Below, piece after piece: positions 42,876 to 57,779 of a stretch of 64,000 bases of DNA; positions within the stretch are counted from its first letter, which is position 1, and every line of letters begins with the position of its first letter. Position numbers and translations under genes: made by a program. The stretch lies in assembly GCF_009914755.1 (NCBI RefSeq), contig NC_060939.1; one strand, given 5' to 3'. Under the pieces are notes generated by a model. It ran no database searches and was not told where the DNA came from. It worked only from the letters and a program-made list of their open reading frames with translations. The DNA comes from the human T2T-CHM13v2.0 reference genome, Homo sapiens.

Positions 42876-43750
42876 ATCTGAATCAAAGAAGCGCGACAAT
42901 TCTGGACAGTCAACTTCCCATGAAATAAAGTCCCCTTTTTACAGTTCTGCAACATATCTGAAATGTGACATTTTCTAAATGCCTCCCTTAAAAAAAAAAC
43001 TGCTGAAAATCTGTGCTATTTTGAAATTGATTTGGCTTTTTGTGCCTAATGGACATACACTGTGGGAGAGAACCTGTCAAAATGTCGAAGAAGGAAGGCG
43101 AAGAATCAAGTAATCTCTAGGCAAATGCCTTCAAGTTTTCCAGTTCTGAGGTAACTAGTTCAGTTTGTTGGGATGGAAGCATGAAGGAAAGGGCTAGAGA
43201 AGTATGAAATCTCGAATGTGTAATACCTGAAAATTTAAACACTTGAATGTCATCATGGTATCCAACTTGTGACTCATAGGGTCTGAACTCCAAAAGATAA
43301 TAACTGCAGTCTAATTTTTCCCATGGTACTTGCTAGTGACTGTATCCAGAAAAGCTTTAAGCAGTTAAAGAAACAGAAAAAAACCGACACTTTGTCGACA
43401 CTGAAATATCGATTAAGTGCCTTAAAACCTCTTTAGACATAGCTATGCAAGTTTTTTATGTTTGTGTTCCAGAAGGACAGTTCCATTCATTAGTTGTGAT
43501 CTTCCGTCTTACTTTATGAAACTGCACTTGAAGGTTATTCATACAAGTTTTTTTAGTAACAGCTGTCAGTCAACTGCTGTTATTAGAAGAAAAGTACTGT
43601 ACTGAAAATTCAGAAAAAAAATCTCAACCTTATGCCAAAATGGAGTAATGCTTTATGGTCCCTTGTAAGTAGTGGAGCTGCTCTGTTTAGGTGAATCTCC
43701 TCAAATACAGTGAAGTGCCCACTGCAATAAAGTAATACGTACCAATACCT
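42876..43750 (+). other. RYR3: RYR3 3'UTR (3' end approximate)
   Basis: Follows the stop codon; repeat-free; AATAAA at 43726-43731. Confidence 0.8.
43726..43731 (+). terminator. RYR3: RYR3 distal poly(A) signal AATAAA
   Basis: Canonical hexamer about 850 nt after the stop, just before the convergent gene end. Confidence 0.8.
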
Positions 43751-43869
43751 CCAGGGTCTGGACTCTTGGAATGTACCACTTCTGGTTGATTCTACAACCA
43801 CTCTGTGACTGCTGGGAAAGGGGACATGAGACGAATTGCCCAGGGCCCCACACAAGAAAGGAAAGGAAA

Positions 43870-44257
43870 ACTGGACAGACCAGCATTTGTTTATTTTGGC
43901 CAAATGCATGCCTTGTTTGCATCTATTCTCTTAATCAGCAGCAGCATCTGCTATGCTGTAAACACTGGCTATGTTGTAAACACTGCAAGGAAGGAGGCTA
44001 GAAACAAGGGCCAGAGTCTATCTCCTGCCCTTAAGGAAATCTATTAGATTACTAAGCCAGAAAAACAAATGCAACAAGCTGCTTCAATGTATTCTTTCAG
44101 ATGTCAAACACAGAGGTAGGCATTTACTGCTGTGAGCATAATGGAACACACTAGCTTGAGACATGCTTGTAAACTGGCTGGTCCTGAAGGACAGCCTTAT
44201 GCCCACCTGCCGTTAGAAGGCAACCAAGATTTGCTTCAGGCACTTTTTTTCCCCTTT
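43870..44257 (-). other. AVEN: AVEN 3'UTR (3' end approximate)
   Basis: Between the AVEN stop and its poly(A) signal. Confidence 0.8.
43890..43895 (-). terminator. AVEN: AVEN poly(A) signal AATAAA (TTTATT on +)
   Basis: Hexamer on the minus strand followed by a U/GU-rich tract (ttttcctttcctttcttgtgtgg). Confidence 0.82.
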
Positions 44258-44373
44258 TTAGGAAATCATGCTGTCCAACCAGTCTTCCAGCTCTTCCTCG
44301 GTAACATTTTTGGAGGTACTTGGTTGCTCAGGTTCCATGTTTTTTTCTTCAGTCACAGATGGTTTTGCACAAA
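44258..44373 (-). CDS. AVEN: AVEN last exon, (V)CAKPSVTEEKNMEPEQPSTSKNVTEEELEDWLDSMIS*
   Basis: ttttcccccag| acceptor on minus; recognisable AVEN C-terminus EDWLDSMIS; TAA. Confidence 0.94.
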
Positions 44374-45139
44374 CTGGGGGAAAAAAAACAATGTTAACAC
44401 CCTCAGATGAGTCCTAAAATTGAAGGTATAATTCAGCCCAATTTATTACTTTCCTTACAACAAGGGGAAACATTCTCATTATTCTTACTCCCTAAGATGA
44501 TACAGTAATATCTAAACAAATAAAGCTGGGTAGAGGATTTGCTCTTTATTCTGAAGTTGAACTTCACACCTTGCTAGTTGGTTTTTTTTTCAAAGACCAA
44601 CAGCTCAGTTTCCTTTTTACTATTATTATTGCAGCAGTCCTGGAAAATTAAAGGATCTCAAATGTAATACATGCATGTGGCAATCACCTTAGGCCCCTCT
44701 ACATCAGATGGGCCACTATCTCACAGGACATGCAGAAATCAGAATGTGGTGTTCTTTTGTCAAAATATAAGACAGAAATAGCAAGAAAAAGGTATGAAGA
44801 GGTGGCCTGTCAGTCGATTAAAAGGGCCACTGCCAAAAAGCTGAAGGCTACAGGTATCCTAATGCCTTCTGATAGCGGAAATTCCATTTGCAGCCCCAGG
44901 TTTCTACTGCAGTCAGGCAGGTAGCAGCTTTGGAAGCTTGGTGTGTCGCGTGAGAGGAAGGTTGTCAGAAAGGTCAGCTCAGGGGGAAGCAGAGACGTGA
45001 GCACAGAAATAGATGTCAGTGGACAACACTGGATCAATGTCAGACACCCAGAGGGATGTGTGCGGATGTGATGCGGGCGGGGCTGTTCTTGAAAAAACAC
45101 CAGAATCAAGATTCACGGGGAATAAAATGAAAGCCATAC

Positions 45140-45500
45140 CTTCTTCCTCTTGGACCACCTCCCCATCTTCCTTGGATTTCAGGTCCTGAGACGTCTGATC
45201 TGGTAAGATGTTATCTCCCTCTTTTATAGGTGCATCTAAATTAAGCAACAGATCTAGTTCTTCTTCCAAATGGTCTCCTGCTGACTGCAGTGGGGAAGTG
45301 GGTTTCTGAGAATCCCTTGAAGGACCCGGGCTTGGGTTGTCTTTGCCCAGCAACACAGGGCAGCCAGCAGCCACAGATTTCAGCTCAAAGATGGGCCCCC
45401 TTCCTCCAGGCCCCAAGGGCCCCTTTAACTGCATCCCTAATCCCTTGCCATCATCAGTTCTCTTTGGTTTCACCTGAGGAACCTCTAAAGGAACTGTACC
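45140..45500 (-). CDS. AVEN: AVEN exon (~5), GTVPLEVPQV...LEEELDLLLNLD...DQTSQD...VQEEE
   Basis: ctttcag| ... G|gtatgg; 361 nt; within ORF 44979..45590; NES-like leucine stretch and SQ motifs. Confidence 0.95.
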
Positions 45501-45886
45501 CTGAAAGAGAAGTATAAAAACTGAGTTAAAAATGTGAGTCTTGCCATATTGGCTTAAGTAAATACATAGGAGGCTAAACGAAGCCATCAAACTTTGTGAC
45601 AGAGGAAACTCAATTCAGATAGTTCACAAAGTGGCTCCTTTCCAGGCCCTGGTGGGGGCACCCTTCCTGACATCTGGGGTAAATGTGGGAGACCTCACTG
45701 AAACATGCCAGCACTGTGCCTCCCACTCTCCCTACCTTGACCATGTGCTAACTAGCTCAGATTTGGAATGAAAAGATCCATGTCTTCCTAGCCCTGGCCT
45801 GAAAACTGCCAGTACCATAGGTCTATTTGGCTTTACACTTAAATCTGTATTAAGACATGAACATCTATAAAAAGTCACCAAGAAGT

Positions 45887-46215
<329 letters not shown>

Positions 46216-47559
46216 TCACCAGGAAGTAATTAGCAAATCAGATCTGTTCATTGTATTTAAGTGCACTAATATAAAGGTGCAGTAACAAATTCACCAAGAC
46301 TCTCCTTGGTAAAAAATGCCAGACACAAAAGAAAATACACTATTTGATGATTGTATTTGTAAAAAGTTCAAAAGCTACGGTATTAGAAGTTAGGTGAGCG
46401 AGTGCCTTTTGGGGAGAGAGTGACGTGGAGTGTGTATGAATGGTGGCTTCTGAGGTGCTGACAATATTCTAAGTCTTTATCCGGATGCTCATTCCATGTA
46501 TACTTACATGTGCACTTTTCTGAATCGATGTTATACTTTAATAAAAGTTACAAACTCCCCCGGTGATTGTAATACAAGGTTATAATCTAAGGCTGAGAAT
46601 CACCGCTCTCGAGGGAAGGCTCCAGGGATGAGCAAGGCCTCACAGTGGGCAGGTTCAGAAGTTCAACCTCTACTGGAGGTCCTGACCCCTTATTTTTACA
46701 TAAACATCCTGAGCAGACATGTAAGACGGTATGGCTTTATATACAAACAGGAATAAATATCCAGCAGAGTCAGTCAGTTGTACAGGGCAAAGCTGGGACA
46801 TGGTCCTCTATTCTAATCTTAGAGTCATTTAATTGTTCTGGGGTGGGTGTCTGGCCTTGTTTTTGTTTGTTTTTAACTCCCCAGGTGATTCTAATGTGCA
46901 AACAAGGTAGAGAATACTGCTCTACAGCATGGGTGGGGGAGAAATGTTTCTAAGTGATTTAGCCAGGATTTCAATGTCACATAATTATTTTATACCTTTA
47001 ATGCCTGCCACTGACATTACAACCTTCACTTCAAACACTCACAACCACTTCCTCTCTGTCCTGAGTCCTGAATCCTTTATCTCAGCATTTCCCTGGTGAG
47101 TTCTGCTAAACATTCCTCATCATATGAGATCAAGCCAAGCACTTCAGAACTTTGAACATCACTGGACATCAGCAGAAGAGCCACTAGTGCTCTCCCAAAC
47201 ACCCCCAAATGTTTCCAAAGAACCCCCAGGGCAATCCCCCATCAGAGGCAAATGTAATTCTTTCTAGTTCTCTACCCTGTCCCTAACTGTCCTCCATCCC
47301 TGAACTCTGCCTGCTGTCCCAAATTTTAGACTAGTAAATGCTATACAGCAAATGAATGGGTAACCAATTCATTACTATGCTCAAGCTTAGCATCACATTC
47401 ACCCACAGAAGGAAGTTGATAATTTCAGTTGCTAGGATTCTACTTAAAATCAGTACGTCCCAAGGTTTCACTTTTTTTTTTTTTTTTGATCGTGCCAGAA
47501 TGTTGAAGTTCTTCATGGCATAATCTTTGGGCCTCCCCCTCTCTTAGTTCATCAATTAT

Positions 47560-48320
47560 CACTTCATCCTGTTATCTCCTGAATTTGTATTTCTAGCCCT
47601 TGATGTAGAACTATAAAGTTCAGCATTCAGTTGACTGTTATTTCCACTTGGATATCTCAGAGGCACAAACTCATAAAGTCCAAAACTCACCCTTCCTGAT
47701 CCTACCACTGAGTTGCACAATCTACAAAGTCTTGAATTTTTTCTTGACCACTCTCTCCCAATTTCCAATATACCGTCAAATCCTGTTAATTGTACCTTTG
47801 AAGTACCTCAGTACAGCCCTCTCCTCTGCCATCTCCACCGTCATTACTGTAGTCCAAGCTACAGTACTACTCACCTGCACCTGTACAACAGCCTCCCCAT
47901 GTGCCTCCCTCACCTGCTCTGTGCATGTGTATGTGCACATGCAGACTTACCCCCACACATGCACTCCAATCCCACAGTCTTCTCTACTTGGCAGCCCCAT
48001 CGTTTTTATTAACGCAAAGCTGACTGGGTCTTTCTCGTTTAAATGCCAGCTCAAATGTCCTTATGCTTTAGACCTCAGCTCATCTATCACTGCTTCAGAA
48101 AGCCATTCCTAACCACACCACACCAGAAACTGATTTACTCTAAAAGCACACTGTACTTCACAGGATGTATTACAATTTGTATATGTTTGTGTGACTATTT
48201 GATTAATATTCATCCTTCCCAATAGATTAAGTTCCAGAAAGGCAGGAACGACATCTGTCTGTTCACCACTGTGTCCCTAGTGCCGAACATAGAGCGTGAT
48301 GCGTAAATATTTTGAGTAAA
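47560..48320 (+). mobile_element. L2 3' fragment
   Basis: L2-type end: tctgttcaccactgtgtccctagtgcc ... gtaaatatttt. Confidence 0.7.
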
Positions 48321-48580
48321 ATAGCCAGACTTTATATTTTACATTTCACTCAATTCCACTACATTTGATCCTTTAAAATGTTTCAAATATAAAATATAAA
48401 AAAGTAACTTCAAAAAATTTTTGGATTCTCCTTTAAACTTTACAAAATGCTACCTTGATATGAAACCCTCACTTTTATAAAGGGAAGCTGACACTGAGAC
48501 ATCCTGCTGAGGGAAGTGTTCCCCTCTTTTTCTCCTCCTGCCCTAATCCACCCGCTTCAAGAGGGCTTCGGGATTTTTAC

Positions 48581-48676
48581 CTGGACCAGTTCGGCAGCAA
48601 CGTTGAGTCGGAGGCAGAGAGGCAGCTCTTGAAGGGCTCGAACCAATAACTCACTATCCACATAAAATGCTGAATT
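48581..48676 (-). CDS. AVEN: AVEN exon (~4), NSAFYVDSELLVRALQELPLCLRLNVAAELVQ
   Basis: (ta)7g| ... CAG|gtaaaa; 96 nt; phase 0-0. Confidence 0.93.
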
Positions 48677-48930
48677 CTATATATATATATAAAAGAAAAT
48701 AAAATATCAGGTGATGATTATGACCTTTTGGAAATAAAAGAAGAAACTGTAAATAATCCACTGGAGTTACATTTGGCTAGGAATAAGTCACACCATACAT
48801 CACACTTATGTGTTAGAGTTTCTGCATCTCCACATTATGATCAGTAAAACCAAAGCTACCTTCTTGAGCCACAGCTCACACTGTCAGAGCAACAACAGGG
48901 CAATGATCATCCTCCCATCAAGACTGTCCA

Positions 48931-49225
<295 letters not shown>

Positions 49226-50256
49226 GACTGTCCAGTAACCTGGAAACGGTGGAGGCTTTTGCAATGACTGACAAGCTGAAAGAAAAGCAAGCATTTAATG
49301 AAATCTAACCTGATCTCTTCTCTAAATTCAGACTGCTGGCCTCAGAAGAGGAAAGGGCTATTTAGGCAGTGAGAAGGGACTGACAGGTGTTGCGAAGGTT
49401 TCAAACGAGCTAGTCTCCTCAAAAAAAAAAAAAAAAAGCCACTTTGTAAGAAGGCTTTCTTTTTTGGTCACCAGTTTGCCCCATAAAGGGCTAAAGCTGA
49501 AGAAGGCCTTAGATATAAAGTTAGCTGCAGTGAATTGCTTTTAATACTAAACTGTGAATTTTAAAAATAGGTTTAATTGGAATAATAATAAATCAGCATT
49601 TTGTACATGTTTTAAAGTATTCGGTGCATTATTTTTGCCTGGGTAACCCAGCTCCCATGTCAGCCTGGTCAACCCTGGCAGCCACTTGGCAGTTGAAGTA
49701 GAGGGCCTGGCCTACGACATCTGGCTGCAGACAGGAGCAGACAACACCCACTAAGGATGCTATGGGGGTGGGGTGTAAAGAGAAAGGAGACACTCCAGTG
49801 CTGGGGAGAGGGGAGCCAGTCCTGACTGTAGGACAAAGCCTTTCTGTCCCACTTCTCTGCCATCAGTGTGCACAGGACCCTGTCTGTGTGCTGAGAATCT
49901 GCAAGCCTGAAGCTTCCTCTCTGGCCAGGAATCATAAGACTCTGAGTGTCCAGTATCTGTATAAAGGCACACTCTTTAGTAAGAAAAGAACCCGCTATAT
50001 ACTTCACTTTGCAGCTAAAAAACATACCCTTCAATCAGACTATTACATCCTCCTCAGAATCTACAGCAATTACTGTCCATATGAGCCTGGGGCCCAGAGA
50101 CCATGTGTACATGGTATGGTGGAGTAATAAGCTGGGCAGCTTTTTAAGATACAGGTTCACAGGCCTCACCCACAGAACTGAACTCTCTGGGTGGCGTGGG
50201 GGGAGCCGGGAATCTGTGCCTTTAAAAGCCAGGCCCTCAGGAACGGCCGCATATCA

Positions 50257-50306
50257 CTCAGCAGCCAGCAGTTTGCTCAGCAGCCAGCAGTTTGCTCAGC
50301 AGCCAG
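50257..50306. repeat. 19-bp minisatellite, about 2.6 copies
   Basis: ctcagcagccagcagtttg repeated. Confidence 0.92.
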
Positions 50307-50661
50307 TATATTGCCCAAGGAAGTCCTACTGGATAAGTCACCATGTCAACAGAAATTTAATGTGGAATTTTAAAAACTTAGGTGATTTAAAAAATAATAA
50401 ATCTGTTTGTTCACCCAGGGAAATTACCTTCCCACTCATCCTCTCTTTACATGGTACCCACCCTGTCCAAAGGAAAGGTATGAGAATCCCACTTGTGGAT
50501 CTAAGAGACCGACACCCCTGTGGTCATGGAGGCCAACATAGCTAGATCAGAGCACCCTGACCGCCGACCTGTGTCCCTTCACCCTGCGTATCAGCCACAG
50601 AGCAACGAACGCCAAGTCCAAGCCGTGACGCCCGGTCCCTCTCCTGCCAGGATTCCCTTGA

Positions 50662-51076
<415 letters not shown>

Positions 51077-51111
51077 TGAGGACATGGGATGGTATAAGGA
51101 ACAACAAATTA

Positions 51112-51260
51112 CATATATGTGTGTGTGTACATATATATAATATATAATATATATATACACTCAACATATAATATATATTATATATATGCACTCAATATAT
51201 AATATACGTATTATATATTACATATAATTATATATAATACGTATTATATATTATATATAT
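51112..51260. repeat. AT-rich (TA/TATAA)n low-complexity repeat
   Basis: tatatataatatataatatatatatac repeated. Confidence 0.9.
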
Positions 51261-53570
51261 CCAGTTTTTTCTCTTACATCAACAAGGAAGAAAATTTAGT
51301 GAGGAGTTAAGTCAGACAGGAAATCGTTTTGATGGTGAAATGAATTCAGTTTCAGCCATGTCCTACCAACACCTCCAACTCGAACTGTTCAAAATCAAAC
51401 TTAACTTCTTTCTGCTCTTATTTTTTTCCATTCATGGCATCACCACTCACCTAGTTACTCAAGCTAGAAAGCATAGTGCCATTGCAAATCTTTCTTGTCC
51501 TTGTGTCTCACATCTGGCCAGTGAGCACAGTTGACCCCATCCTCCACTCAAGTCTTGTCTATGAGTAACCCCTGTCCCACGCTCACTGCCTGACCCTCTC
51601 AGGCTCTCGTTCTTTCCCATTCGTCCAACATCACATCCTCCTCATCGGTTTCCCTGCCTCTAACCTCTCATCTCATCTGTTCAATCCCTCCCCATCCTTC
51701 CCAATACTGCTGAAGTTAGATCTAACCATTTCCATGTTCTTGCTAAACAAAACTTTGTTAACAGATAATATTAGTAATAAAAGAGCTCATTTTGAGTGTT
51801 TCATATGCATCAGGAACTGCACTCAAGGGCTTTTTATTTATTATCTAATTTAGTCCTTCTTATAACTCTGAGTTATATTTTGTTATTACCTCCATTTTAC
51901 AGGTGAAGCAATAGAGAAGGAAAAAGTTTGCCCAAGTCTCAGATCTAGAATTCACACTCAGGTCTGAAACTGCTGGTACTAACTAGCCCACACCTGCCCC
52001 TGAGGCCTCCTCCTCTGGGAATACTACACTCTGGCCACACCCTTCTCTGAGCATAACCTCGTTTTCCTGATCTTACCATTTTCATGTTGTTTCCTCAGAC
52101 AGGACCTACCAGAGTCACACTTGTCCACCAAGACCCGTTCAAATGATCTTTTCCCCATGGTACCAATTCTAATCACTTCCAGTGCAAAGTAGCTATCTCT
52201 CTCAGTATTGTTAATTCATTCATCACACCCCTTATTTTAGGTTGTATTCTTTTTCATGTATTAGGTAAATATCTACTGAGCATCTACCATACTACAGACT
52301 ACAGGTCACCGAGTGTGCCCAGGTAAGGGGCTTAGAGCAATGAACAGGCATGGTCTGTCTCATTCACTTTGAATAAGCTCCATTTAATAAAAACATTTAG
52401 TAAACAAGTGCTCTATGTTTTGATGAATGCCGAAGCTTAGAATTATTTGAAACTCTGAAGCTACTTGAAATATTCTTTGGTAATCAGTATGGTTCAAAAG
52501 GAGATGAAATGTAAATTGTTCGGCTTCTACCATATTCCTCAACAATCTATCTTCGATGTGTCCTAGAATACTAAACAGTACCTCAGGCGTAGGCCCAGAC
52601 TTAAGCAAAGACAAATATTTGTAATTCTCACCTTTTTCTATGGCATATATAACACGTTCTTTGTAAAGTGCCAGGCAGTCATTTTCTAAGAGACTCCCCT
52701 CCTCGTAATCCGTATGCGTCAAAGGCCATCCCAAACAATTGAGCCTAAAACCAGCCCACAGATCAAACGAGCCACCCACAGCACATACGCTGATGTGGGA
52801 GCAGAACAGGGAGGACAGTGCCTACGGGCTTCGGGTCTGCAGCTTCAGCCACCTCTCTGAAGCTGGGGGCAGATGGTAATCAGTTTATCAGACAGTATGC
52901 TCTAGGCCTGGAGTTGGGGAGCATATCACAAGTCACCACTATGTCCCTATGTGCATCCTAAAAGGGGGAGAATATCTGTCATCTCTTATATGAAAAGAAT
53001 TAGAGGAAGCCTGCTTGGAAAATAATCAGAACTCCTTGGGAAGAAAATATTACATACACACAAAGAAAATAAGGCATTTGGGGTTGAGAGACTTGCTGAA
53101 AGACTTCTATAATATTTGCCCTTATTTTATACTTCTATTCTCCTAATTGTAGGAGAAGTGTTATTTAAAGCTGCAAGGTTAAGGGTTTTCTCAACCTAAC
53201 ACCAAAAACAGTGAGAGACAGAAAACTAATTTTCAACTCTCAAGGGAATTGTCAAAGAGTGGCAAAGGAGGAAGACCAAATGGCAAAGTAATCCACTCTG
53301 TCAAAATCACGGCTATCAAGTTTCTACCTCGAGACCCCGTCCATGTGGGCTGCATAATTCACACAGATGGCCAGGTAGAAAGGTGAACTCTAGCTTCAAG
53401 GACCTGTGGAATTTCAGCCCCCTGAAAATTTTCTGAAAAGTTTAGCTGAGGGTACACTGTAAGAATTACTACTCTTTTCTACATGAAGACTCTATCTCAA
53501 GAACGTAAAAGGTGTTAGCCTTCAGCCTTGAAGAAGAGCCAGTCCACACTTAACACAACTCTTATCTTAC

Positions 53571-53641
53571 CTGTTTTGGACAAGAAGCTTCACTATCCCA
53601 TTCTTTCTCCTCAGCAAACCGGAACTGTGAGAATGAGTCCC
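53571..53641 (-). CDS. AVEN: AVEN exon (~3), (G)DSFSQFRFAEEKEWDSEASCPKQ
   Basis: T13-cctattcctag| ... CAG|gtaaga; 71 nt; in frame with the next exon. Confidence 0.93.
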
Positions 53642-53935
53642 CTAGGAATAGGAAAAAAAAAAAAATTTATGCAAAAGCCAACGGAAACTCTCAGTTCTCT
53701 AAATTTCCCTGCTAGAGCAAAAGTGCCATTTCTGAAGTGCTCAAACTCAAAGGGAGAGGCAAGGATAAAACTGGAACATACCTCCAACTCCATTTCCAAA
53801 ATTACAAAACACACAGATGACAATGTTAACATTTGATAAGATTAAATGTAAGGCAAAAGGACCAAGAAAAAAGGATAAAATCACTACTCTTAGTCATTGG
53901 TAAATAAATTTGATCCCTCAAAAAGTTATGACATA

Positions 53936-54241
<306 letters not shown>

Positions 54242-54899
54242 TTATTACATAAAGCCTCTGAATAATATAATTAATAAGACCTTGTATTTGTGGATATACA
54301 TGTGTATATGTGCATACCACAACAGACTTAAACTTTCTCTTTAGAAGAGGTTATCAGCCTCTACTGTCACTCCAAAAATCACCTGGTCAGAATGTCAAAC
54401 ATATTTTGATAGGTGTGTGTACTTACTTTATAAATATCAATGTAACACTAATTTTTAAAAAGGACTGTATAAGACCAAGAAAAAATTAATTCTAAAATGT
54501 AGCAGCCATACAAATCATATTCACTGATGTAAGCAAGCAGAAATTAACCACAAAAGTAAAAGCTCCCCACATTTTTATAAATTTAATCTCCTTCCCACAT
54601 GACTTTTTGATCAGAAAAAAACAGAACTAAAACTGTAGAATTAGAATACAGAAAAGAGTAATAAATTAATATAAACCAATCCATAAGAAATAAGTGGTTG
54701 TTCTCAGAGAAAAAGTTAAAGTCAAATACTTTCATTACTAAGCAAAGAAAGAACTTTAAGAAGAAATAAAGCAGTTTTATAAAGTTTCCTAACTTCCTAA
54801 AAAGCCAAACAGAGAAACTGAGGAAAAGAACCAACAGAGTTGTGGGTTGTTTTTTCTTCTTTTTAAATTAAAGAAACAAACACACCAATCTTCTCATCT

Positions 54900-56600
<1,701 letters not shown>

Positions 56601-56726
56601 ATTAGAAATGATCATATGATTTCACAGATTAATATATAATTGGTACAAGATTCAGTAATGTAAAAAAGGCATGCTATATATACTTATTTTTAATATCTGA
56701 ATGTTCACTTAAAAATATGGGTAAAA

Positions 56727-57225
56727 TATAAATCATGCTGCTATAAAGACACATGCACACGTATGTTTACTGCGGCACTATTCACAATAGCAAAGACTTG
56801 GAACCAACCCAAATGTCTAACAATGATAGACCGGATTAAGAAAATGTGGCACATATACACCATGGAATACTATGCAGCCATAAAAAATGATGAGTTCATG
56901 TCCTTTGTAGGGACATGGATGAAATTGGAAATCATCATTCTCAGTAAACTATCGCAAGGACAAAAAAACAAACACCGCATGTTCTCACTCATAGATGGGA
57001 ACTGAACAATGAGAACACATGGACACAGGAAGGGGAACATCACACTCTGGGGACTGTTGTGGGGTGGGGGGAGGGGGGAGGGATAGCATTAGGAGATATA
57101 TCTAATGCTAAATGACGAGTTAATGGGTGCAGCACACCAGCATGGCACATGTATACATATGTAACTAACCTGCACATTGTGCACATGTACCCTAAAACTT
57201 AAGGTATAATAATAAAATAAAAAAA
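56727..57225 (+). mobile_element. 5'-truncated young L1PA (ORF2 C-terminus, 3'UTR, A tail)
   Basis: ORF MFTAALFTIAKTWNQPKC...HRMFSLI; G-rich 3'UTR tract; ccctaaaacttaaggtataataata end. Confidence 0.95.
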
Positions 57226-57779
57226 GAAGATAGTGAAGCAATGTCTCGAAAATAATAACATGCAAAATCCAACAACCTTGAATTCTTTATCCACCAGAAA
57301 CATCTTTCAAAACTGGAGGCAAAATAAGACTTTTTCAGACATGTGAAATCCTACGGAATTGATCACCATTAGACTCTCGCTATTAGAAATGATAAAGGAC
57401 ACCCCTAAATGAAAGAAAATGATCCCACATTGAAATGTGGTTTGACAAAAAGAAATGAAAAATCAGATACAGTAGCTACCTGGATCAATTAGAAACCTCT
57501 GTATTATGTAATGTCTATAAAGAGAACAGTAATGTCTATAAAGAGAACTATTCAGAGAAAAATTAATAAGAATACATTATGATTTTCAATAAAAATAAAA
57601 GCAAACTATATGACAAAGCAGAAAAGCGAAGGTGGGTGAAGAACATGTAATAATGGTTTTGTACTATATGTGAATATATAATAGCACCTGAAGGTAGATT
57701 TTGGTAAGTTATGTATTTACTGTATACCCTAAAACAACCATTAAAATAAAACCCTCTTAACAAACAAACAAACAAAAAA
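57226..57779 (+). mobile_element. Probable 3'-transduced segment (old L1M-like) with a second A-rich tail
   Basis: Lies inside the TSD of the L1PA; AATAAA at 57745-57750, then (caaa)n tail. Confidence 0.72.

Noticed and set aside
43385-43414. CGACA-CTT-TGTCG mini-hairpin and palindromes in the RYR3 3'UTR
   Set aside because: A 5-bp stem is too short to support a structural claim without conservation data.
49420-49466. A-run/GCC...GGC/T-run hairpin resembling an intrinsic terminator
   Set aside because: Eukaryotic intron; the pairing comes mostly from homopolymer runs.
49946-50545. 199-aa plus-strand ORF in an AVEN intron
   Set aside because: Non-ATG start, runs through a minisatellite, no recognisable domain or splice context.
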